From an uncultured Spirochaetota bacterium (GTDB taxonomy: Bacteria > Spirochaetota > Spirochaetia > SZUA-6 > Fen-1364), in assembly GCA_963845535.1 (NCBI GenBank), contig CAWJSK010000015.1:352001-416000 (forward strand): a stretch of DNA of 64,000 nucleotides, given 5' to 3'. The notes under the pieces were generated by a model. It made no database searches. It saw nothing but the letters and a program-made list of their open reading frames with translations, and was not told the DNA's origin. Below are positions 62,742 to 64,000 of this stretch, in pieces. Each line of letters opens with the position of its first letter. Positions within the stretch are counted from its first letter, which is position 1. The position numbers were made by a program, and so were the translations under genes.

Positions 62742-64000
<1,259 letters not shown>

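Overview
GC-rich, gene-dense bacterial chromosomal window, most likely from a free-living spirochaete. That is an inference from an orphan FliG paralogue, a long spirochaete-type thymidine kinase, a Treponema-like RND/LolA-like/beta-barrel module and an 'FAGGAKE'-type solute-binding-protein leader. It carries about 50 CDS and one tRNA-Phe(GAA). Housekeeping and repair genes include rdgB, an Fpg/Nei glycosylase, asnS, tdk, an EndoQ-PHP/UvrD fusion and a P-type ATPase. They are interspersed with plant-glycan loci: MalQ+GH13; GH3+cytoplasmic GH10 with a soluble LacI-domain histidine kinase/NarL pair; an ABC+GH51+GH127 arabinan locus with tandem AraC genes; and a probable D-apiose ABC/split-transketolase operon ending in a 51-aa gene that looks internally deleted. 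No CRISPR array, IS, integrase or prophage is visible. At least six genes are split by single-base frameshifts, several at G/C homopolymers, which points to long-read assembly error rather than real decay. Non-coding signals of note: many promoters whose -10 sits 5-9 nt before a start codon (leaderless mRNAs), recurrent short tandem duplications at gene boundaries, and a cluster of DnaA-box-like motifs around a 19-bp hairpin downstream of asnS. Family calls come from motif recognition only; no database search was run.
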